In this document: one piece after another, positions 49,363 to 59,666 of the stretch
Position numbering within the stretch: the first letter of the stretch is position 1
Layout of the letters: every line of letters begins with the position of its first letter
Translations under genes and position numbers: made by a program
NCBI GenBank assembly: GCA_028534125.1
Contig: CM052816.1
Coordinates: 372,001 to 436,000 of the forward strand
Direction of reading: 5' to 3'
Length of the DNA: 64,000 nt
Source of the DNA: Lama glama
Lineage: Eukaryota
Notes under the pieces: model-generated
Seen by the model: the letters and a program-made list of their open reading frames with translations, nothing else
Database searches by the model: none
What the model was told of the DNA's origin: nothing

Positions 49363-50171
49363 GTATCCCGCCACCCACTGAGAGTGCAGGGGGCGGGGCC
49401 GGGGCGGGGCCGGGGGCGGGGCCGGGGCGGGGCGCACGCCCTGGGCGGTCAGGGCTCCGGAGGGCTGCGGGGGGCTTGTGGTTCTGGTGATCCCAGGCCC
49501 GACCGCCTCGCGGGCGCAGCCAGCCTGGCTTCCGTGCTCCACCTTGCTGATGCTTCGTGACTAACGCTGCCCACCCCACCCCGCGCCGCACCCACTCACA
49601 CACACACACACATACACACACACACACTGCACAGTCCTCACAGGTCCCAGTCCTGTGGGCCAGGAATTAGGGCAGGGCTGTGTCCAGAAGGTCCAAGACG
49701 TGCCTCCACGGTCTCCTCGCGCTCTCCCGCTCTCCACGGGGCCTTTCCAGCAAGGAGGCTGGCCGTCTTATTTAGTTTCTGAGGCTCCTTAGGATGCCTG
49801 CCAGGCTCCAGGGAGGGGGACACAAGCTACCCGTCCCTCTGGGTCTCACCGCACTACTCGCTTTCCCGCTGAAGGGCTCTGCATGTCACGTGTTCTCGCC
49901 TCATCCCCACCTCCTCAGTTAGTGTCCCCTGAGGGGGGAGCGGGGCCTGTGGTCTTTGATGAGAAGAGAGGATGCCTCCACTCCCCCTGTGCTGCTGCCC
50001 ACTGGCCTCAGCCCCTCTCCTTGGGGTCTCTTGTCCCTCCCATCCTCCTCAATTGCAAGCAGTAGCCTCCCCAGCGTGGCCCCCCACCTTCACCCCGAGA
50101 TAAGACTCCCCCCAGGTGATGTGAGGCCGAGAGTGTTCCAGACCCTACAGCTTTCCTTAATGGGATCCCAG
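49363..50171 (+). other. OBSCN: U12-type (minor spliceosome) GT-AG intron
   Basis: 5' GTATCC, branch TTCCTTAAT at 50153-50161, no polypyrimidine tract before the AG. Confidence 0.82.
49389..49432 (+). repeat. (GGGGC/GGGGCC)n repeat, G-quadruplex / GC-box array
   Basis: eight runs of at least 4 G. Confidence 0.9.
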
Positions 50172-50232
50172 ATGCTCATCGGAGGAGCTGCTGGACCGCC
50201 TGTTCAAGAAGAGCGTGGTGACAGAGGCTGAG
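50172..50232 (+). CDS. OBSCN: kinase 1 exon (CSSEELLDRL...EAE)
   Basis: 61 nt, phase 2-0. Confidence 0.92.
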
Positions 50233-50721
50233 GTGACCATGCCGCCTGGGCTGCGTGCATGCCCCGCCAGGCTCCCTGCTCCCTCTGCCCAGACCACCTC
50301 TCCCTCAAACTAGCTCCCCGACGCAGCGCTTCTCCACTTAGAGACCTTCTAGGATACCCCAGGGTCTCATGGGGTGTTGCATCTCCTTAGTCAGGCTCTC
50401 AGAGCCCCCCGCCCCCCCGTGTCCTGGGCTCACTGCTTCCCCATCCCATACAGCGCTGGGCCAGCTGGCCAGTCCTCGCCTGCTCCCCCGGGCCCCTCCT
50501 GCTTTGCTCAGGCTGCTCCACACACCTAAACCTGCCCCGCCTCGGATCCCCCAGCTGCAGGGGTCTATGAGGCTTTGCATGTCACCTCCCCTGCTGGACC
50601 ACCATCCCAGGCTCACATCTGGAGGGAAGTGGAGGCACTGTAGGTGGGAGCAGAGCAGAGAAGTAAGTGGAGAGGGAGGTCGAGGCTAGCTCTCTCACCT
50701 GAGCACCAGCCTTTGCTGCAG

Positions 50722-50799
50722 GTCAAGGTCTACATCCAGCAGCTGGTGGAGGGGTTGCACTATCTGCACAGCCATGGCATCCTCCACCTGGACATAAAG
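50722..50799 (+). CDS. OBSCN: kinase 1 exon (...HLDIK)
   Basis: 78 nt, catalytic loop. Confidence 0.94.
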
Positions 50800-51142
50800 G
50801 TATGTGGCATCCTGGTGCCCCCAGGGCTCAGTGAGGGGCAAGTGGGAGCCTGGGCCCTGTAGGCTGAGAGACTGCAGACCCAACACTTCCAGCTTCCCTG
50901 TTAGGACTTCCTTACCTCTGGGGACAGGGAGCTCACTACCTACAGCAGCCCCTTCAGGTGGGGTGTGACTTTGATGGAACAGAAGCCAACCCCGGATGGC
51001 GCAGAAACCTGCCCATGGGGCTGCCCACTGCCCAATCCTGGTCTCACCCTCAAAGACCCCCAGGTGTCCTCCCCGAGCCCAGCAGTCCTGGGAGTCATTT
51101 CCTTAGGGCATGCACTCACGCACTCCTGACTCTGCCCAACAG

Positions 51143-51315
51143 CCCCCCAACATCCTGATGGTGCATCCTGCTCGAGAAGACATTAAAATCTGTGATTTTG
51201 GCTTTGCCCAAAAAATCACCCCGACAGAGCCACAGTACAGCAAGTACGGCTCCCCTGAGTTTGTGGCTCCTGAGATCATTGAGCAGACCCCTGTGAGCGA
51301 GGCCTCCGACATCTG
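51143..51315 (+). CDS. OBSCN: kinase 1 exon (DFG, APE)
   Basis: 173 nt, phase 0-2. Confidence 0.94.
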
Positions 51316-51421
51316 GTGAGTGGGGCCCACCCACACCCCCACCCCCGCCCACTCTCTGCCTCCTCCTCCTCCCCAGCAAGCAAGGCCTAGGTGACTCACG
51401 GCTGCGGTTTTGTTCCCGCAG

Positions 51422-51448
51422 GGCCATGGGGGTCATCTCCTACCTCAG
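51422..51448 (+). CDS. OBSCN: kinase 1 27-nt micro-exon (AMGVISYL)
   Basis: cag|G GCC ATG...CTC AG|gtgag, phase 2-2. Confidence 0.9.
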
Positions 51449-52077
51449 GTGAGCAGACCCCTGCTCCTGTCAGCCGGCTCCTCCAGTGCCAACCCAGCCC
51501 CTCCTCAGCAGGCCTCCGGGAAGCTGTTGAACTGCTGACTGCTCCTCAGATCAGAGACCTGAGGCCCAGGGGGCAACTATCTTGGGAACATGCAGCCAGC
51601 CAACTCTGATAAGGGGTTTCTGCCAAGTGCTTTTCACACACACCCTGTCACAGAGGATCTCTGCTGGGTCACGGGGAAGAGCACTGAGCTGTTTCTCTAA
51701 AGGGTCTAGGTGATTTGTCCAGAGGCCCCTTGTAAGAGTTACTGCTGCCCTGAGGATGCTGGCGGTGTAGCCTGAGCCTGGATCTCCTCTGCAGGTGGTG
51801 CCCTGATCCCTACCTCAGTCTAAGGCCAGGTGCCCTCTTGAGACTGATCCTTGATCCTTGCTTCAAGCTGAGCCTGGATCTCTGGGCAAATCTGAGCCAT
51901 GCTGGAATTCTCAGGGCTGGATGAGAGTGGTGCTAAGGGGCATCTCCAGTCAGGGCTGCGGGCCCCCCAGGCCCCACCATCCCCATAAGACCCAGCACTC
52001 CCTGTCCTGGCAACCTGCCTCCCATGGACCCCGAAATTCGGGTCACAACTGAAAGCTAGTCATGTCTCTGCTTTCAG

Positions 52078-52230
52078 CCTGACCTGCTCGTCCCCGTTTG
52101 CTGGCGAGAGTGACCGAGCAACACTCCTGAATGTCCTGGAGGGGCGGGTGTCCTGGAGCAGCCCCATGGCTGCCCATTTGAGTGAGGATGCCCAAGACTT
52201 CATCAAGGCTGCCCTGCAGAGGGCCGCAGA
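52078..52230 (+). CDS. OBSCN: kinase 1 exon (LTCSSPFAGE...)
   Basis: 153 nt, phase 2-2. Confidence 0.92.
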
Positions 52231-52326
52231 GTGAGTGCGCACGCCCTTCCCCCTGCCCGGGGTCCTCATGCTTTCCCCAGGGACCAGCTGACCACCTGGC
52301 CTGACCCTGTCCTTCCTCTCCCCCAG

Positions 52327-52372
52327 GGCTCGGCCCAGCGCTGCCAAGTGCCTTGCCCACCCCTGGTTCCTG
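52327..52372 (+). CDS. OBSCN: kinase 1 end (ARPSAAKCLAHPWFL)
   Basis: 46 nt, phase 2-0. Confidence 0.92.
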
Positions 52373-52508
52373 GTAAGTAGGTTGAACCTGGGCTGGCCTG
52401 GCTCACAAGGAGGGAAACTGAGGATAAGAGGAGTGGGGGGCCTGTCTGGGCCACAGGGTGCACCAGGGTGTCTCCACAATGTGTCTCTCTCACCTGGGCT
52501 CCCCCCAG

Positions 52509-52586
52509 AAGTCTGTGCCCGCGGAGGAGGCCCACTTCATCAACACCAAGCAGCTGAAGTTCCTCCTGGCCCGCAGCCGCTGGCAG
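52509..52586 (+). CDS. OBSCN: post-kinase regulatory exon (KSVPAEE...ARSRWQ)
   Basis: 78 nt, donor CAG|gtgag just before the gap. Confidence 0.92.
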
Positions 52587-52594
52587 GTGAGCTG

Positions 52595-53094
52595 NNNNNN
52601 NNNNNNNNNNNNNNNNNNNNNNNNNNNNNNNNNNNNNNNNNNNNNNNNNNNNNNNNNNNNNNNNNNNNNNNNNNNNNNNNNNNNNNNNNNNNNNNNNNNN
52701 NNNNNNNNNNNNNNNNNNNNNNNNNNNNNNNNNNNNNNNNNNNNNNNNNNNNNNNNNNNNNNNNNNNNNNNNNNNNNNNNNNNNNNNNNNNNNNNNNNNN
52801 NNNNNNNNNNNNNNNNNNNNNNNNNNNNNNNNNNNNNNNNNNNNNNNNNNNNNNNNNNNNNNNNNNNNNNNNNNNNNNNNNNNNNNNNNNNNNNNNNNNN
52901 NNNNNNNNNNNNNNNNNNNNNNNNNNNNNNNNNNNNNNNNNNNNNNNNNNNNNNNNNNNNNNNNNNNNNNNNNNNNNNNNNNNNNNNNNNNNNNNNNNNN
53001 NNNNNNNNNNNNNNNNNNNNNNNNNNNNNNNNNNNNNNNNNNNNNNNNNNNNNNNNNNNNNNNNNNNNNNNNNNNNNNNNNNNNNNNNNNNNNN
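52595..53094. other. assembly gap (500 N)
   Basis: run of exactly 500 N. Confidence 0.99.
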
Positions 53095-54205
53095 TTACAA
53101 CTTTTGCACCAATCACCAAAGATAATTTAAGAAATTCAAGAAGAGTACGAAAGTTTATTGTATTTACCCATATTTTTACTCCGTTTTCTTTCTTCCTGAT
53201 CTTCCAAATCTCTTCCATATATATTTTTTTTATTTTCTGTGTAGAGAATTTTATTAGCCATTCTTTTAAAGTAGATCTGCTAGTGACCCAGTTGTCCCAG
53301 TTTTCTTTCATCTGAGAATAATTTTTCCCTTCATTCCTGAAAAGTATTTCCTCCAGTGTAACAGGTCTTTCCTTTCAATATGTGAAAACATTTTTTCCAT
53401 TTCCTTTTGGCATCTATGGTTTCTGATGAGAAATTATTGTCATTTGAATTGTTTATCTTGTGTAGATCAGGTATCATTTTTCTCTGCCTGATCTCAAGTG
53501 TTCTTCTTTTTCCCAATTTTCAGAAGTTTAATTATATTTCTTGGTGTGGACTTTGAGTTTATTCTGTTTGACGTTTGCTCAGCATCTTGAATTTGCAGGT
53601 TTACATCTCTTGCAAAATTGCAAAGTTTTCAGTCACTGCTTCTTTAAGTAGTTTTCAGCTCTTCTGTTTTTCTCCTTTTCTTCTAAGACTCTGGTGATTT
53701 CAATGCTAGATCTTTTGTAAGAGTCCCATAGGTCCCTGAGGCTGTTCATATTTTTTTCACACTATTTTCTATATGCTTTTTACAGATTGGATAATTTCTA
53801 TTGTTCTATCTTCAGGTTCACTTATGTTTTTCTCTGCCCCCTCCATTCTACTATTGAGTTTATCTTCTGGGCTCTTTATTTGGATTACTGTACTGTTCAG
53901 TTCTAAATTTCTATTTAATCATTTGTTACATCTTTATTCCTTGGCTGAGACATTCAATTTCTTTGCTGAACCGTTCTAGTTATTTGTTTCAAATGTGGTT
54001 GTAATTCTCTGAAGCATTTAATCATAGCTGCTTTGAAACCTTTGTCAGGTAATTCCAATATCTTTGTCATCTCAGTGTTGGTTTCTACTGTTTTTTTCAC
54101 TCAGTTTGAGATCTTCCTGAGTTCTTGGTTATGACAAATTATTTTTTATGGAGATGACATTTTCCTTTCATTTTATAAGACTCTGATTCTTCTTTAAGTT
54201 TTAGC
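53095..54205 (-). mobile_element. old L1 antisense fragment
   Basis: T-rich, e.g. GGTTTCTGATGAGAAATT and TGGATAATTTCTATTG L1M-like segments. Confidence 0.7.
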
Positions 54206-54209
54206 TGCT

Positions 54210-54950
54210 GTGGTATAATAAAAATATATATTTTTGGTCTTCATCCCAGTTTCCTGGCACAGAGCTCCCAAACTCTTGGAATTTTCTTCGTGATAGGAAT
54301 GTCTTGTTAATCTTAAAGAACTCCTTTAGATCACACCTGAGTTTATGCTAATGAGGTGACTTAGTATGGGACCCTTAGGTGACCTCAGGATAAGGATGGT
54401 CACAAGCAGACCAAGTGATTAGAGAGCTGGAACTTTCAGCCTTACCCCGACCTCCAGGGAGGGGAAGGGTGCTGGAGATTAAGCACTATGAAAACTCTTG
54501 AACGGCAAGATTTAGAGAGCTTCCTGGGTTGCTGAACACGTCAACTTGCTGGAAGGGTGGTGAGCCTAGAGAACATAAAATCTCCATCCCCATACCCCAT
54601 GCCTTGCTCCACGTGTCTCTTCCACCTGGATATTTCTGAGTTGTATCTTTTATAATAAACCAGTAAACATAAGTAAAGTGTTTCCTAAGTTCTGCAAGCC
54701 ATTCTAGCAAATTATCAAACTGGAGGAGGGGGTTGTGAGAACCCATGATTTATAGTGGGTTGATCAGAAGTACAGGTGGCTTAGGACTTGCAACTGGCAT
54801 CTGAAGTGGAGGCAGTCTTGTGGGGCTGAGTCTGAGTCCTTAACCTGCAGAATCTGACTCCAACTCCTGGTAGTTAGTGTCAAAACTGAATTGAACTGTT
54901 GGACACCCAGCAGGTGTCAGAGAGTTGTTTGTTGGTAACAGAAAACACTC
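54210..54950 (+). mobile_element. MER21-like LTR
   Basis: TGTGGTATAATAAAAATATATATTTTTGG start, ATAATAAAC poly(A) motif, related to 18243-19010. Confidence 0.72.
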
Positions 54951-55476
54951 CAGACTGGCTATCTCCACCATTACTCTGGCAGGCGAAGTGTTGACTCCAC
55001 CTTGGTACTGCCAGGTAGAGGCAGAAGTTCAGATACCCCAATTAGCCTCCACTGGGTTGGGGATGTGGAGGTCCTTGTTACTGCAGAGCACAGGTGGGAG
55101 TTCCAGCTGCCCTCTGGTATCTTCTGATGCCCAGGAATTGCGCAGCAGTGTTGAAAGTCCAGCTGCCTACTTGGCCTTCTCAGACATCACCCCAGTGGAG
55201 GTGGGTTTGGCTCACCCCATTACCACTTGGAGAAAGCCACAGTCTAGAACATCCAAGTGTTCTGTCCTACCACGCTGCCCCTGTCCTAGTCCCATGGCTA
55301 GAGAGAGCAGGCATTTTTTGTCTGTGTCCATTGGTGTTTCTGAGTTGCTGGCCTATTTTGCCCCAAGTCTGAAATATATGAAGAAAAAGAGAAAACCTGG
55401 GGAGCTCACCATGGTGCTGCTTCTAGGGTCATGACTTCTCTGTCTGAGCCACCTTCTTGTACACACCTTTCAAGGC

Positions 55477-55575
55477 TGCTGTGAGCTGAACTGTGTCCCT
55501 CCAAATGCATACGTTCAAATTCTAACTGCCAGGCCCTCAGAATGTGACTATGTTTTGAGATGGGGCCTTCAGATA
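55477..55575 (+). mobile_element. MLT1 LTR 5' fragment
   Basis: CTGAACTGTGTCCCTCCAAAT..CCTCAGAATGTGACT..TTTGAGAT.GGGCCTT. Confidence 0.65.
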
Positions 55576-55739
55576 GACCTCTATATATTCATTTTACTCA
55601 ATCAACAAAGGTATATACTTGTATATGTAAATATGTTGATTGCATTTAAAATATTGACTAATATATGTTCAATTACATGTATCTATATTTATCTACCTAT
55701 ATCACTCTCTATATATCTATATCTACATAGCAATATAAT

Positions 55740-56352
55740 TGTTACCGAATCCAAAGTCATTCTGCTCACCACAGGACAGGCCAATAAATCGGGAGACGAG
55801 GTGTTGGGGCAAGGAATAGCGACTTTATTTAGAAAGCCAGAAAACAAAGACGGCAGACTAATGTCCTGGAGAATCATCTTCCTCAAGTCAGAATTCAGGC
55901 TCCTTTTATATTCAAAAGCCTGTTTCCTAGGCTTAGTCTTGCTGGTTCTGCACCTTTTGTAACACAATGTTGCCTTTGGCCTGAAATATTCAGGAGAGCC
56001 TATTCTCTGACCTTTAAGGATATGAATACTTTTGCACTCAAGTTGCAGAATAGAAAATAACGTTTGTTTTATAAGCGGTTTTACAGGGGTATCATGACCT
56101 GACCCACATGGACAGAACAAACGATTCCAAGAACAAAGAGTCCTACACCAAGAAGTCTGCAACAATCAAACACACACCCTCCCCTTTTTAGTAGAAAAGG
56201 AGCTTGCATTCTGACTTTGGGAAGATGGTTCTCCAGGACATTAGTCTGCCATCTTCTCGGTCAGCTGGCTTTCCAAATAGAATAAAGTAGCTATTCTTTG
56301 CCCCAACACCTCATCTCTCGATTTATTGGCCTGTTGTTCGGACTCGGTAACA
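55740..56352. mobile_element. LTR with an inverted duplication of its 3' part (fold-back)
   Basis: TGTTACCGA...TCGGTAACA ends; 55740-55918 is a diverged reverse complement of 56184-56352. Confidence 0.8.
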
Positions 56353-57213
56353 GGCTCACAGGTGGCTCTGTGCCACCTCTCTCAGGAGCATGTAGGGTTC
56401 CAGAAGGGAGGTAGGAGGATGCAGGGAACCGCAAGGGGTGGGTGACTCGAAGCACACAGACCTCGGGGCTCAGAGGGGTGTGGAGTCCCACAGGCAGGAC
56501 ATGGAGGAGAAGGGTGCAGGGCAGATATGAAGGCCGTGGACGGCCTGCGGGTCATGGAGAGGCAGAGGGAGCAGGGGACGTGTAGGTGTGTGGGGCTGGA
56601 AAAGGGAGCATGGAGGGATGTGGGATGCACACGGAGGAGTGCTAGGCGCGAGTGGCGCAGGGGAAGGGGAGCTGCGGGCAGGAAGGGCGGCTGCGTGGGG
56701 GAGCGCAGGAGCTGGGGGTCCTGGGGAAGTGCGCGGGGAGCACGCACCTGGCAGTCGCACAGAGCTCGGATGGGACTGGGCGGTCCTAGGCCCTCGCAGC
56801 TCCCGGGGCCCGGGTGCAGCTGGCGCAGATACTACCTGGGGCGCCCTCAGAACGGCTGGCGGGGCGTATTCTCAGGGCAGATACTGGGGGCACCGCTGCA
56901 GTAGGGCAGGGTGGCAGGCGTGGCCGAAGATAAGGGTTGCAGGGCGGGGAGCCTCGCCCTGCAGGTCACCAGCCAGGTCCCGCTCTGGGAAGGATTCCAA
57001 CGTCTGCCAAGGGTGATGGGATGTGCGGTGCTCTTTGCTCAACCAGAAGTTAATGACAATCACTGAACTGCACCTTTACGAGTCAAGTTGGAGGTACGAC
57101 CTCAGTAAAGTTATTTAAGACAGCTCTGTTCCAGGTGAGGTAGCCCATCTCTCCTGTTGTCTCGGTGAGAAATGGGATGTTACCACACAGGCTTGCTGCT
57201 GATGCGATGGTGG

Positions 57214-57810
57214 TGACGGAGGAATAGTAGAATGGCCGCACTTAGGCTAACTAACTCTTGGCTTTATGCTTGCTGCTTGCTTTTGGAACGGTCAGCAAGC
57301 CTGACCGACCAGACACTGCTCCCAGCCCCAGGCCCATCGTTAAAGCTGAAGTTACTGATTTTGCTGTTTCTCATTTTATTGTAGCAATTCAAATGTATAA
57401 TCATGTTTGGCTTCTGAGTCGTTCTCCAGGAAGAAGGTCATGGAACCGGAGTCCTGCAAGATAGGCTGATTTGTCAAAAAGAGAAACATGCCGCAGGTGT
57501 TTGCGAGATGAAAAGACTGGAAAAGTTACAACTACCAGTCTCTACAGAACTGTTGCCTGAGGACGTTCTGGCGCCAAGAAACCTTGTGACAAGAGAAATG
57601 ATTTTGCTGATTATTGTTTTTGCTTGAGCTATGACTATATAATCACCCCACCCCATCCCCAAGGTGGGTTCACAGTTTTGAAGGCACCAGCCTGCTGTAA
57701 GTCCCCTTTGCCCAGCAAAGCAACAAAGCTGCCTCTTTCCTTCTAAGCTCCAAGAACTTGTCTCTGGATTATTCAGCTTGTCAGGGACACGGGCCCATCT
57801 TTCAGCAACA
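57214..57810 (+). mobile_element. ERV1-like solo LTR
   Basis: TG start, CTATATAA box, GTCCCCTTTGCCCAGCAAAGCAACAAAGCT, ends CAGCAACA. Confidence 0.6.
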
Positions 57811-58432
57811 GAGAAACAAGTGAAAGATTCTTTGTTTTTTTACCCAGTCTTGTGGATACATCACATGACCAGGAGTGGTACAGACGGGGACGCAAAGGGA
57901 GCTGACAGAGACTGACCACCCTCACAGCCCCAGGAGGGCTGTTTTCATTTTTCAAATATTATTTTTACAATCCTTACGGATGCCTTAAGTATGTAGTAGC
58001 CACTCCCTTCTCCTTCTGAGTTCTTCCTTATGCCATCCTGAATATTTTTTTTTTTTAGCACTGATCAACCCAGAATGCTCCTTTTTATCTTCACTTGCTT
58101 CTTTCCTGTCTCCCCATTGGTCTGCTGAGTCACCTGCGGGAAGCTGCTCTGGGCATCTTAAAACTTGGTAGGCAGTTCTTAAGGTCATTTTGCAAGCCCT
58201 GGGAATGGCTGGCCACATCCTGCACTGCCCTGGCTTACCCTACACCCCTCCAGAATGCTCATCAACTATCCAAGTGCGAGTTCACCAACTGACGGTGCAT
58301 GAGCGCTCTGTGCCTGGAACACTGGGTGGGACCCCTGGGGATGCAGGAGTCAGCAGGCGTAACATCCGCAAAGCCGAGTTCAGGCTGTTTGTCAGCAGGT
58401 GTCACTGAAGCTCACTTCTTCTCTCGACTGGC

Positions 58433-58958
58433 TGAGGGTAGCAGAATGTCACCCCAAAATGTCTCATTTGCCATAAAGATCATTTTGAGCTGGAGGCTGT
58501 CGAGAAGCAGCAGATACAAGCTCCCTGCCCTTCCTCTTCTAAAAGCAGGACACATACGTACAGAGGTAGCCCTGTCTTCTCTCCACAGGAAAGGTCGGAG
58601 ACAACTCTAGGCCTGTCCGTCTGATGGCACAGGAGGGGTCTACACGGAACAAACTTTACTCACCAGCCTTCGGTACCATTAGTTTATCTGCACGTTTTGC
58701 CGCCCTTGGTAGCCTACCTAAAGCTGCTTTCCCAGTCCTGTAGCTTCTCCACAGACTTTGTCCTTTGTCCTTTGTCGAAGCTGCGATGAAAACCAGAAAT
58801 CTAAACTGCTGCTCTGAGTCACTCATCTTCCTGGGGTTTCTCTCATGTGTTCCTGAGTTAAAGATGTCAGCAAACTTGTTCCTCTTGTTTATCTTTTATT
58901 ACAGGTCTCAGCCAAGAACTCGGAAGGGTTGAGGGAAAATGATTTCCCCTCCCCCACG
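58433..58958 (+). mobile_element. MER34-like LTR
   Basis: CAGAATGTCACCCCAAAATGT..ATTTTGAGCTG..TCTCAGCCAAGAACT..TTTCCCCTCCCCCAC. Confidence 0.7.
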
Positions 58959-59660
58959 CTCGTGTCCAGCTGTCCTAAAGCCTCGGCCGGAAGCATCCTG
59001 GTGTCCTGGGAGCAGCTGTGCGTTCATTGCCCGAGGCTGTCCCGCCAGGGGCCATGGTGGAAGGCCGCCTAACTCTTAAGGCCCCAATCTTGCTCCAGGC
59101 AGGAACCAGCCAGTAGGCTCAGATTCTCAAGAAGCCAAGCAGCGGGCCCGGTCCCCTGGGAAACCATATAGGCATACTTCCCCAGCCAGAAAAATGACCA
59201 GACCCCTGGCTCCACTGCGAGTGAGAAAAAACTTCTCCCTGTGCACATATGTGAAGAAACTGCTGTTAAAAATATTCAAAAGTGGTATATGTATAGTAAC
59301 AATAACCAAAAAAAAAAAAGTCCAAGAATGGGAGAATGAATAAATAAATAATCAAGTCAGTGAAAAAGTACTGGCTACTGAACACAGTGGAACATGGGAA
59401 ATGTTTATCAGGTTATCTGGAAGAAAACAAAAAAAGGAACAAATTCCCACGGTATTTGCACGAAATGAACACACGTGTTGCGCAGAGAACGCGGAGACCA
59501 CATCTGGGAGCTGCCGTGCAGGTGTGGGCGGCGGTGCATCCCTGACTGTGCCAGTGAGCAGCCTGCTTCCGTAACCCCTCTCCCAGGGGCGACCCTCTGG
59601 AGGACTGCCCCACACCCCCCCACCTTAAAGGTAAAGGGCCTACAGACAACTGTTAGTTTC

Positions 59661-59666
59661 TTTATT
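59661..59666 (-). terminator. TRIM11: probable TRIM11 poly(A) signal
   Basis: TTTATT on + (AATAAA on -) about 1 kb after the stop, followed on the minus strand by GT-rich TTGTCTGT. Confidence 0.65.

Noticed and set aside
51143..51151. HLDIKPPN catalytic loop as a sign of a dead kinase
   Set aside because: Catalytic D, K and N, the AAK lysine, DFG and APE are all present; that position varies among kinases
52587..53094. OBSCN truncation or pseudogene
   Set aside because: All visible exons are intact and the break coincides with an assembly gap
52382..53315. Long ORFs of 247-285 aa
   Set aside because: Artefacts of reading through the N gap
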